From the IMG/VR virus record IMGVR_UViG_3300042901_000352: a stretch of 20,000 bases of DNA. One strand, given 5' to 3'. This document shows positions 8,937-17,113 of the stretch, one piece after another. The notes under the pieces are model-generated. The model did no database searches, was not told the origin of the DNA, and saw only the letters and a list, made by a program, of their open reading frames with translations. Within the stretch, counting starts at the first letter, position 1. Every line of letters begins with the position of its first letter. Source of the DNA: an uncultured virus (IMG/VR IMGVR_UViG_3300042901_000352) (taxonomy: Duplodnaviria; Heunggongvirae; Uroviricota; Caudoviricetes). Made by a program: the position numbers and the translations under genes.

Positions 8937-9271
8937 TGTCCGAGATTTGTGTCCACTGTCCACCCCCTTAAGGGGGTGTGGACAGTACGTACACTTTTAT
9001 TAATCCTGTACAGGCTGTACAAAACTGTCCAATTAGGACAACTGGACAGTCTATAATATCCAACTATAATCTCCATCAACACCTATAAGCTCTTGTTTTA
9101 TCAAATCTTTTCTACACTCAGAAAAGTTTTGTCTCCTTGAAGCAAGCTCTTTATCCTCATTAAAAAATGGTTTCCATTCGGACAGTGAAACAATTATCTG
9201 TCCAGAACCTAAAATGGACAGTTCTGGACGCTCTTTTCCAATAGTTTCTGATGCTAAAACTAAACTGTCCA
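8937..9271. repeat. Iteron/palindrome cluster, putative replication origin
   Basis: ACTGTCCA/TGGACAGT occurs at 8955, 8979, 9024, 9043, 9215 and 9264, plus variants. There is a perfect palindrome CACCCCCTTAAGGGGGTG at 8961-8978. The cluster abuts the primase 3' end and an AT-rich tract. Confidence 0.65.
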
Positions 9272-10925
9272 TAGCTTTTTGTAACTTTTTTGACAATACT
9301 TTTTCTTTAGTAGCTACACCTTGATACTCTAAATAAACACTGGTGATCTGCTTATCATCATCTTCATCATAAAATACTTCACCTTCTAACTCTACTTCTT
9401 TAATGACAAAACTCATATCAGTACCAAAGCCAAAATCTTTTGATTTAGTGCATGAAAAAGTAATTGCATCTCCATTCTTGGCGACACAAAACTCTGCGTC
9501 CATAGCTGCCTTAATTGATGATGATCCTCTTGATCTTCCTTTATCACCATGTCCACTATGGTGAACAGTTACAATTGCAGCATCTAAACGTCTGGCAAGT
9601 AATTCTATAGACTTAAAATACAACGCCATATCTTCAGAGCTATTTTCATCTCCAACCATATTACGATGCAAAGTATCAATAATAATAATATCAGGTTTAA
9701 AATCTAACTCTGCTACTATTTTTAATATTTCATCAGCTTCTTTACTATCTAATAGATTAATTGATCGTCTGCTTAATCTAATATTCTTTGGTGGTTCTCC
9801 ATATTTTTGTGATAATGCTTTAAAGCGCATTGAAGCACCACGCAAACCTTCACCCATAATGATTAAAGTTTTTAATTCTTCTTTTATCTTATGACCATGC
9901 CAGTTTCTACCTGTTGCAGCACAAAATGCCCAATCCATTGCAAAAAGACTTTTACCTGCACCTGACTCACCAAAAAGAAGATTCATTGATCCACGTTCAA
10001 GTATTCCCTTTATTAACCAATTAGGCTTCTTTATGCTTGCCATCATATCTTCAATGGTGATAAACAAACCTTCCTGCTTTACCTTACCAAAGACAATGTC
10101 ACGAACTGCATCAATACCTTTTTCTGACATCATGTCGTTAAAGTCACCATCAATGGTTGGTAATACAATATCAACTCCACATTCTTTTGCTTTGCTCATG
10201 CCAATACCAGAACTGTCATTGTCTGCACAAATAACTATTTTCTTACCAATGTATTGGCTTGCTAACATTTGCGTTACTGGCTTAAGATTTCCAGCGTTAA
10301 ATGCTATACAGACAGCAAGATTGGTGGCTTGGTTTAAACTATCCGCAGTTGCAAATCCCTCTGCAACTAAAAGAGTTTCAGACTCAGAAGGATCACCAAT
10401 CCAGCAATGACCTCCTGCCATCTTACCGCCAGAATGAAACCTCTTTGCTCCATCACTAAATATTGACTGTACTGACTGAATTTCTCCGTCTGCACCATAT
10501 ACAGGTATGATAAGTTTTCCGCCAAACATACGCGCCATATTAGGACGTATGCCCTTATTAGTCAGATAGTCATGGCTTACCACTGGAACTGCATTATCAA
10601 ATAATACCTGTGCTTCCTTTGCTGCTATAGCATAAGCAGCATCACGTTCAGCTATTGCTTTACGTTTGGCTTCTTCAAACTGCTGACGCATGGCTTCTTG
10701 TTCGTGTATATCTGGAACATAATCACGTTTCTCATGCCATTGGTGTTGCTCTCCACTGCGCCAACAACCAAATACAGCACCACGAGCATCATCAAATACA
10801 TGAACCCAACCTGACCTATCATTTCTTTTTCCATTGGTTGAAAATCTTGTTACCTTACCAACAGCAATATTAGGAGGAGGTTCATAACCAACTGCTCTAA
10901 TTGCATCACATAACTCAGGCAACAT
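9051..10925 (-). CDS. Primase-helicase (Toprim domain plus RepA/AAA_25-type helicase)
   Basis: Toprim motifs VAEGFATA and ICADND. Walker A FGESGAGKS, Walker B IIIIDTL, and VHHSGH...RSRGSS. ATG at 10925 (the track starts at GTG 10937). Confidence 0.92.
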   Translation of the reverse strand: MLPELCDAIRAVGYEPPPNIAVGKVTRFSTNGKRNDRSGWVHVFDDARGAVFGCWRSGEQHQWHEKRDYVPDIHEQEAMRQQFEEAKRKAIAERDAAYAIAAKEAQVLFDNAVPVVSHDYLTNKGIRPNMARMFGGKLIIPVYGADGEIQSVQSIFSDGAKRFHSGGKMAGGHCWIGDPSESETLLVAEGFATADSLNQATNLAVCIAFNAGNLKPVTQMLASQYIGKKIVICADNDSSGIGMSKAKECGVDIVLPTIDGDFNDMMSEKGIDAVRDIVFGKVKQEGLFITIEDMMASIKKPNWLIKGILERGSMNLLFGESGAGKSLFAMDWAFCAATGRNWHGHKIKEELKTLIIMGEGLRGASMRFKALSQKYGEPPKNIRLSRRSINLLDSKEADEILKIVAELDFKPDIIIIDTLHRNMVGDENSSEDMALYFKSIELLARRLDAAIVTVHHSGHGDKGRSRGSSSIKAAMDAEFCVAKNGDAITFSCTKSKDFGFGTDMSFVIKEVELEGEVFYDEDDDKQITSVYLEYQGVATKEKVLSKKLQKAMDSLVLASETIGKERPELSILGSGQIIVSLSEWKPFFNEDKELASRRQNFSECRKDLIKQELIGVDGDYSWIL

Positions 10926-11091
10926 TGAAATAGTCACTCAGTCTTTTAATTAAATCATAAGGAATTACTTTTAATTTCCCATGAGCAAGTTTCCACAGCG
11001 TCATATATCCGATACCTACTTCCCTAGATAAATAAGATAGGTTAAAAGAAGGATGTATTAATTTAGCTTTGATTTCTTCTGGTGTTAGCAT
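10915..11091 (-). CDS. Cro/XRE-like helix-turn-helix regulator (58 aa)
   Basis: Not in the ORF track. MLTPEEIKAKLIHPSFNLSYLSREVGIGYMTLWKLAHGKLKVIPYDLIKRLSDYFNVA has an HTH pattern and the RLSDYF ending. GAGG RBS. It is the first gene of the left arm. Confidence 0.8.
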   Translation of the reverse strand: MLTPEEIKAKLIHPSFNLSYLSREVGIGYMTLWKLAHGKLKVIPYDLIKRLSDYFNVA

Positions 11092-11131
11092 TGTTTTTTT
11101 CCTCTTGTTTAAAAAAATATTTGTTTAGGTG

Positions 11132-11159
11132 TTGCAATTCTAATTTATATCGGTAAAAT
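11132..11159 (+). promoter_or_regulatory. Sigma70-like rightward promoter
   Basis: TTGCAA (11132-11137), 16-bp spacer, TAAAAT (11154-11159), with an AT-rich UP-like tract upstream. Confidence 0.55.
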
Positions 11160-11165
11160 GTGCAA
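11137..11165 (-). promoter_or_regulatory. Sigma70-like leftward promoter
   Basis: Minus strand TTGCAC (11165-11160), 17-bp spacer, TAGAAT (11142-11137). Confidence 0.6.
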
Positions 11166-11207
11166 CGGAATTAGAGAAAAAGATTTTTAACCGTAAGGAG
11201 AAATACC

Positions 11208-11966
11208 ATGAGCATACTAAGCTCTATTGCTAAACCAGATGATCGTTCGATCATTTGCACTATAACAGGTGATGCTGGACTTGGAAAAACAAGTTTAGCT
11301 GCCACATTTCCAAAACCTATATTTATCAGAGCTGAAGATGGTTTGCAAGCCATACCAACAGCAACAAGACCTGATGCTTTTCCATTATTATCAAATGTTG
11401 ATATGTTGTGGGAACAACTAACTGCATTAATCAAGGAAGATCATGATTATAAAACATTGGTTATTGATAGTGTCACTCAGCTTGATAATTTGTTCACAAA
11501 TCACATTGTTGATACTGATCCTAAAAAGCCCAGAACGATTGCCCAAGCACTTGGCGGTTATGGTGCTGGCTTTCAAGCATTGTCAAGTTTGCATGGCAGG
11601 GTTCGCAAAGCTGCTGGCATACTTAATGAAGTCAAGGGTATGAACATTGTGTTCATTGCTCATTCAGAAACAGAAACAATCGAATTACCAGACCAAGATC
11701 CATACACACGTTATAACATCCGTATGCAGAAGAAGTCTGTAAGTCATTTTATAGATAATGTCGATATGGTTTGTTATCTTAAGCTAGAAACTCATACATT
11801 TGGGGATGGCGAACGTAAAAAAGCAATTAGTGATGGAACTAGAATATTAGTTTCCTATGCAACTGCTGCAAATATAAGTAAAAACCGTTTTGGAATAAAC
11901 GAGGACATAGTAGTTGTCAACGGCATAAACCCACTTTTAAATTTAATCCCAAGCATCGGAGCATAA
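11208..11966 (+). CDS. Sak4-like / AAA_24 ATPase (single-strand annealing protein)
   Basis: Walker A GDAGLGKT, Walker B LVIDS, IVFIAH and the C-terminal SKNRFG motif. AAGGAG RBS. It is followed by an SSB-like gene. Confidence 0.85.
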   Translation: MSILSSIAKPDDRSIICTITGDAGLGKTSLAATFPKPIFIRAEDGLQAIPTATRPDAFPLLSNVDMLWEQLTALIKEDHDYKTLVIDSVTQLDNLFTNHIVDTDPKKPRTIAQALGGYGAGFQALSSLHGRVRKAAGILNEVKGMNIVFIAHSETETIELPDQDPYTRYNIRMQKKSVSHFIDNVDMVCYLKLETHTFGDGERKKAISDGTRILVSYATAANISKNRFGINEDIVVVNGINPLLNLIPSIGA

Positions 11967-11970
11967 ACAA

Positions 11971-12483
11971 ATGGCAAACTTTTGGACTACAAGCGACAAC
12001 AAAGTAATTACTACAACTGGTGAGTTTTCTTCTGGCGGTACTATTGAAAACATTCCTGACAACACAACTTGCCTAGCATTGATTGATGAAGCTGGATGGG
12101 CAGAATATCAAGGTGATGAATACATTAGTTTACGTTGGGTAATAGCAGAACCTGCTATTTACAAAGGACGTAAAATCTTTCAAAAATTGCGCGTCAATGA
12201 TATTAATACCAAAAAAGCAGATAAAGCTAAGGAAATGTTAATGGCTATAGATGCAAACTGTGGCGGTAAGTTAGCGCAGTCTGATGAAACGCCAAACGAT
12301 ACGGCAATGGCTAAAGCTATATTAGAAAAATTAATGTTAATCAAAATTATGATTTGGGATTTAGAAGGCAGAACTGGAAATTGGATTGCTAAAGTTGCTC
12401 CACGCAAAGGAGCATCTGCACCAGTTAAAGAAGAAGTATCTGCTGAACCAAGCATTGTTGAAATTGATTCAATCCCCTGGTAA
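11971..12483 (+). CDS. Putative single-stranded DNA-binding protein (DUF669-like)
   Basis: 170 aa. IPDNT...YISLRW...YKGRKIFQKL pattern and an acidic/aromatic tail (EIDSIPW). It follows the Sak4-like gene. Confidence 0.7.
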   Translation: MANFWTTSDNKVITTTGEFSSGGTIENIPDNTTCLALIDEAGWAEYQGDEYISLRWVIAEPAIYKGRKIFQKLRVNDINTKKADKAKEMLMAIDANCGGKLAQSDETPNDTAMAKAILEKLMLIKIMIWDLEGRTGNWIAKVAPRKGASAPVKEEVSAEPSIVEIDSIPW

Positions 12484-12491
12484 ACAACTAA

Positions 12492-12529
12492 CGCACATGG
12501 ATGTGCATTTTTAACTATAACTATAAGAG
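12492..12529 (+). promoter_or_regulatory. GGA-loop hairpin plus AACTA leader element, copy 1
   Basis: CGCACATGGATGTGCA-TTTTTAACTATAACTATAAGAG, between the SSB stop and the exonuclease start. It may also act as a terminator. Confidence 0.5.
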
Positions 12530-12538
12530 TAAATAATA

Positions 12539-13402
12539 ATGGAACAACAAAGAACAGAAGAATGGTTTGAAAAACGCAAAGGTCGTATAACTGGTAGTAA
12601 TGTTGGTGCAATCTTAGGGTTATCTCCCTTTATGAAACGTGAAGATGTTATGCGTAACATGGTTCGTGATTATCATAATTATCCTAGTGAATTTACTGGT
12701 AATCCAGCGACTAACTATGGTACTTATCACGAGCCTATTGCGCTGGCTGACTATGAGTTAAAATTTAATAGAAAAGTGGAGCTTACTGGTTTTCACACAT
12801 ATGAAGATTGGCTTGGAGCATCACCAGATGGTTTGATTAATGATGATGGTTTGATTGAGATTAAATGCCCCTATGGTCAACGTGATAAAAACCCACCAGA
12901 ATTTAAGTCTATAGATTATCAAACTCATTACTGGCTACAGATACAAATCCAATTATTTGTTACTGGCAGGAAATGGTGTCATTTTTATCAATGGTCTGCA
13001 CACGGTTACATGCTTGAAACAGTGCAATTTAATCCATTAGCTATTGAAGAATATTTACCAAAATTAAAAGACTTCTACAATGAATATCTTGTTGAGCGTG
13101 AACTTCCACAAGCACAAAAGTATCTTGATGAAAAACGCCAACAGGTAAGATGTGAAGGTCAAGTTGAGCGTTATTTAATGATTGCAGAGCAGATAAAAGA
13201 ACTTGAAGCAGAAAAGAAAAGATTATTGGATGAAATAGTTAAATTAGCTGATGGTAAAGATAGTGAAATTAATGGTCACAAATTAACACAAGTACACCGT
13301 GAAGGCGCTATATCCTACGCTAAAGCCATAAAAGAGCTAATGCCTGATGCAGACCTAACTAAATACCAGTCTGCTCCTAGTAGTTATTGGAGATTGACAT
13401 GA
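12539..13402 (+). CDS. YqaJ / lambda-exonuclease family protein
   Basis: Motifs WFEKRKGRITGS, GASPDGL, IEIKCP and QIQIQL, with a C-terminal coiled-coil extension. Confidence 0.92.
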   Translation: MEQQRTEEWFEKRKGRITGSNVGAILGLSPFMKREDVMRNMVRDYHNYPSEFTGNPATNYGTYHEPIALADYELKFNRKVELTGFHTYEDWLGASPDGLINDDGLIEIKCPYGQRDKNPPEFKSIDYQTHYWLQIQIQLFVTGRKWCHFYQWSAHGYMLETVQFNPLAIEEYLPKLKDFYNEYLVERELPQAQKYLDEKRQQVRCEGQVERYLMIAEQIKELEAEKKRLLDEIVKLADGKDSEINGHKLTQVHREGAISYAKAIKELMPDADLTKYQSAPSSYWRLT

Positions 13403-14883
13403 GTGAATTAATTGAAATATTAATAAAAAGTATAAATGAACTTGATTTAGAAAAAAAAATAATTGCAATAAATGAAGTTAGAGAAAAAATACATTTAATA
13501 AGTCCTTTTAAAAATGAACCTGTTGATTTTGTTAAATGGGTTAAAAATGAAAACGTATATCAAAATGATTACAATCCAAATAGTGTTGCTCCACCAGAAA
13601 TGGAGTTACTTAGATTATCTATTTCAGAAGATGGATATACACAACCTATAGTTTCTATGCCCGATGAAAGTGAAAAATATGAAGTTATTGACGGTTTTCA
13701 TAGGCATAGAGTTGGAAAAGAATGTAAAGACATACAAGAAAAAATACTTGGATATCTTCCTATTGTACAAATAAGAGAAGATCAAAAAGATAAAACAGAC
13801 AGAATGGCATCAACTATTAGGCATAACAGAGCAAGAGGAAAACATAAAGTTGAATCTATGTCTGACATTGTTATTGAGCTTAGTAGAAGAAACTGGTCTG
13901 ATGAAAAAATAGCTAAAAATCTTGGAATGGATTCTGATGAAGTTTTAAGATTAAAACAAATAAGCGGATTAGCTGAAATGTTTTTAGATGAAGATTTTTC
14001 TGAAGCATGGGATGAAGAAAAAAAAGATATATGGGTAAGGCAAAAGCCAAAACTTGCTGCTAAATGTGAAGATTATCCATTTTATCAGCCAAATATGGAA
14101 TTCGAAGAATTAACTGTTTTGTTTGGATTATGGTATGCACAAGGAAAAACATGCGCTGGATTAATTGGGATAAGAGCAGATGAAAGTTTAAATAGATATA
14201 GAACTGTTGCTGTATTTGATAAAAAAATGCATGGAAATAATAGATATACAACTTATATAGGCGACAATTTGTTTAATGTTTATCCAATTTATGATTGGAA
14301 AACAGAAGATATATGGAGATTTCATTCTAAGTTTAAAAACTTACCAAGCAATAAAATATATAACCATATGCACAAAGCTGGTGTTCCAATAAGCCAGCAA
14401 AGACTTTGTCAACCTTATGGAGATGATCAAAAAAAAGGATTATGGTTGTATCACATCCTTGAGCCTGAAACTTGGTTTAAATTAATAGCTAGAGTAAATG
14501 GAGCTAATTCAGGCGCACTTTATGTTCAAGAATCAGGCAATATAACTGGAAGAAATAAAATATCTAAACCTGAAAATCATACTTGGAAAAGTTTTTGTAA
14601 TTTATTATTAAAGTCTTTGCCTAAAAAAAATAGAGATCATTATATAAAGCGATTTAGAGTTTTTATTAAAGGATGGAAACTAAGAGGATATAACGAAATA
14701 CCTGATTTTGCTCCAAAGACTCTTGAAGATAAACAATGGGCGCCATCATATAGAAGATTATGCAAAGTTTTGTTAAGAAATGATTATTGGTGCAAAGATC
14801 TTGGATTAACTCAACCAAAAAGTGATGCTTATGGAAAATACTTGCAGTTAAAAAAACAAAAAATAGTTGGCATTGAAGCATGA
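13399..14883 (+). CDS. IbrB/YbdM (ParB-like) fused to N-terminally truncated IbrA/YbdN (PAPS-reductase-like, DUF3440)
   Basis: The N half has NDYNPNSVAPPEM, DGYTQPIV, IDGFHR, STIRHNRARGKH and LGMDSDEVLRLKQISGL. The C half has GIRADESLNR, YPIYDW and RRLCKVLLRNDYWC. There is no SGGKDS loop. ATG at 13399 overlaps the upstream TGA. Confidence 0.85.
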   Translation: MSELIEILIKSINELDLEKKIIAINEVREKIHLISPFKNEPVDFVKWVKNENVYQNDYNPNSVAPPEMELLRLSISEDGYTQPIVSMPDESEKYEVIDGFHRHRVGKECKDIQEKILGYLPIVQIREDQKDKTDRMASTIRHNRARGKHKVESMSDIVIELSRRNWSDEKIAKNLGMDSDEVLRLKQISGLAEMFLDEDFSEAWDEEKKDIWVRQKPKLAAKCEDYPFYQPNMEFEELTVLFGLWYAQGKTCAGLIGIRADESLNRYRTVAVFDKKMHGNNRYTTYIGDNLFNVYPIYDWKTEDIWRFHSKFKNLPSNKIYNHMHKAGVPISQQRLCQPYGDDQKKGLWLYHILEPETWFKLIARVNGANSGALYVQESGNITGRNKISKPENHTWKSFCNLLLKSLPKKNRDHYIKRFRVFIKGWKLRGYNEIPDFAPKTLEDKQWAPSYRRLCKVLLRNDYWCKDLGLTQPKSDAYGKYLQLKKQKIVGIEA

Positions 14884-16658
14884 AACTCCGCCCATACCAA
14901 CAACAAGCACATGATGCAGCTATAGATTGGATAAAGAAATGTACTGATCCTTGCGTATTAGAATTGCCAACAGGGAGTGGCAAATCTTTAATTGTTGCAG
15001 CAATAGCCAACACATTGCACCAAGTTAGTGGTGGCAAACATATATTATGCCTTGTCCCATCAAAAGAGCTGTTAGAACAAAATGCAGAAAAATATAGAGA
15101 TACTGGCAATCAATGCAGTTTGTTTAGTGCCAGTGTTGGTGAAACTTGTTTAAAACATCCAGTTGTTTTTGGAACACCAGTTAGTGTTAAAAATAAAATT
15201 CATCGTTTTGGTTCTAAATTCTGTGCGGTTGTACTTGATGAAGCACATCGTATCACACCAACAGTTAAAAGTATTATTGAATCTTTAGTTGCTTGTAATC
15301 CTAATCTGCGTGTAATAGGTCTTAGTGCTACTCCATACAGACTTGGTGATGGATATATATATAGAATGGATGAGAATGGCAATGCTTATGGAAATGATAA
15401 AACTAAGAACCCTTATTTTACTGCAAGAGTATTTACCGTTTACGCTCGTGATCTGATCCAGCAAGGATATTTAACACAGCCTGTTATTGGTGCAATTAAT
15501 TCAGGTCATTATGAAACATTAGATATGCAGCTTAATAGCATGGGTAAGTTTGCAAAGGCAGACGTTGATAGAGCCTATCATGGTCAAGGAAGGCTAACCA
15601 GTGCGATTGTAGGTGATATTGTTTCGCAAGCAGTAAATAGACAAGGTGTGATGATTTTTGCTGCTACAGTGCAACATGCTCACGAGGTTATGCAGTCTTT
15701 ACCACCAAGTTTATCTTGCATAGTTACAGGAGAAACACCTAAGTTGGAACGTGAACAAATACTGCGAAAATTCAAGTCTAAGCAATTAAAATATTTAGTT
15801 AATGTTTCTGTGCTTTGTGTTGGCTTTGACTGTGTACACGTTGATTTAATAGCTATTTTAAGAGCTACAGAGTCAGTTAGTTTACTTCAACAAATAATAG
15901 GAAGAGGACTTAGAATTGATAACAACAAAGATGACTGTCTGATTCTTGATTATGCAGAAAATATTAGTCGTCATTGTACTGATGGGGATTTGTTTAATCC
16001 AGAAATTGAAGCATCAAGTAATTGTGGAGCTGGTGAAGCAATAGAAGCACAATGTCCAGAGTGCAGAGCAATAAATCAGTTTGCACCAGTAATTAATGAA
16101 GCAAAACATGAGATTGACATTAATGGATATTTTATTGATCTTGAAGGAATACGACTAGAAACAGAATATGGAGATATGCCAGCCCATCATGGCAGAAGAT
16201 GCTTTGGTCAAGTAATGAACAAAATAATTAGAAAGCAAGTTAGATGCCCATATAGATGGACTTTTAAACCATGCCCACATTGTGAAGAAGAGAATGACAT
16301 TACTGCACGTTATTGCTGTAGTTGCAAAGGTGAATTGATTGATCCAAACAGTAAGTTAATTGCAGACTTCCAAATGAAAAAGAAAGACCCAACGCAAATA
16401 CAGACTGACAAAGTTGTTGCAATGCGTGCAACACCTACACTAAGCAAAGCAGGTAACGAGTGCATAAGAGTTGATTTTATAACTGAATATAGATCATTCC
16501 CTGTTTGGTTTACGATGAAAATGCAGAGTAGCTATGATGCTTTTATGAAGTTTACAGATAATGGTTTTACAACACCAAATACTATCACTTATAAAAAGAG
16601 TGGTGATTTTTTTAGGATATACGATTACAACAGGACAGCCGATGAAGTTCCACAGTGA
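14880..16658 (+). CDS. Superfamily 2 DEAH helicase with C-terminal zinc-binding motifs (RadD/YejH-like)
   Basis: Q motif LRPYQ, LPTGSGKS, DEAH, SAT and QIIGRGLR. Cys clusters CPEC, CPHC and CCSC. Confidence 0.93.
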   Translation: MKLRPYQQQAHDAAIDWIKKCTDPCVLELPTGSGKSLIVAAIANTLHQVSGGKHILCLVPSKELLEQNAEKYRDTGNQCSLFSASVGETCLKHPVVFGTPVSVKNKIHRFGSKFCAVVLDEAHRITPTVKSIIESLVACNPNLRVIGLSATPYRLGDGYIYRMDENGNAYGNDKTKNPYFTARVFTVYARDLIQQGYLTQPVIGAINSGHYETLDMQLNSMGKFAKADVDRAYHGQGRLTSAIVGDIVSQAVNRQGVMIFAATVQHAHEVMQSLPPSLSCIVTGETPKLEREQILRKFKSKQLKYLVNVSVLCVGFDCVHVDLIAILRATESVSLLQQIIGRGLRIDNNKDDCLILDYAENISRHCTDGDLFNPEIEASSNCGAGEAIEAQCPECRAINQFAPVINEAKHEIDINGYFIDLEGIRLETEYGDMPAHHGRRCFGQVMNKIIRKQVRCPYRWTFKPCPHCEEENDITARYCCSCKGELIDPNSKLIADFQMKKKDPTQIQTDKVVAMRATPTLSKAGNECIRVDFITEYRSFPVWFTMKMQSSYDAFMKFTDNGFTTPNTITYKKSGDFFRIYDYNRTADEVPQ

Positions 16659-17064
16659 TATACAAGTTTTTGGTGATATTGAATTTAGAGGTGAATGTCC
16701 TTCTGAAGCTGCTGAAGCAGTAACATTCTTTGCAAAGTTAAGGAGAGAATATCCTGATAGTTATGGAAAGATTGCTACGCACATTAGGAATGAAGGATTG
16801 CGAACTTTCTACCAGGCAACTAAACAAAAGAGTGAAGGAATGGTGAAAGGCGCACCAGATATTATTATTCCAGCAAGCGTTGCGTTCGTCTGTGAATTAA
16901 AACGACAAGATCATACACGTTCAAAATGGCAAGATGGACAGGTTGAATACCTGCTGGAAGCCCAGAAACAGGGAGCTTTTGTCTGTATTGGTCTAGGTTA
17001 TGTTGGCGCATATGAAGCATTTATTTTCTGGAAAGATAAAAAATATTTGCAAAACGATAAATAA
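16642..17064 (+). CDS. VRR-NUC domain nuclease
   Basis: HIRNEG...EGMVKGAPDII...CELKR...Q..YL PD-(D/E)xK pattern. ATG at 16642 overlaps the helicase end. Confidence 0.85.
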   Translation: MKFHSDIQVFGDIEFRGECPSEAAEAVTFFAKLRREYPDSYGKIATHIRNEGLRTFYQATKQKSEGMVKGAPDIIIPASVAFVCELKRQDHTRSKWQDGQVEYLLEAQKQGAFVCIGLGYVGAYEAFIFWKDKKYLQNDK

Positions 17065-17075
17065 TTGATTAATCT
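17047..17075 (+). promoter_or_regulatory. Sigma70-like promoter for the accessory/early cassette
   Basis: TTGCAA (17047-17052), 17-bp spacer, TAATCT (17070-17075). It has the same -35 hexamer as the promoter at 11132, and both have an upstream AAAAAATATTTG. Confidence 0.55.
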
Positions 17076-17113
17076 ATGCCCAACTTAACAAGAAATACAA
17101 AGGGGTAAATAAG

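Noticed and set aside
8897..9082. 61-aa minus-strand ORF after the primase
   Set aside because: It runs through the palindrome/iteron cluster, and its repeated WTV/LS residues simply reflect the DNA repeats. It is probably non-coding.
8937..9271. Possible CRISPR or mini-array, considered because of the Csx20-like gene
   Set aside because: The repeats are 5-8 bp, in both orientations and irregularly spaced. I saw no 25-40-bp direct repeats with regular spacers anywhere in the window.
1029..10873. Plus-strand ORFs at 1029, 3103, 3736, 4510, 7859, 10033 and 10655, and nested minus ORFs at 2602 and 10652
   Set aside because: They are antisense or out-of-frame shadows of well-supported genes, with no recognisable motifs.
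13399..14883. Complete phosphorothioation (Dnd/Ssp) or sulfate-assimilation system
   Set aside because: There is no cysteine desulfurase, DndD/SspC ATPase or other partner in the window, and the PAPS-reductase-like part lacks its SGGKDS loop.
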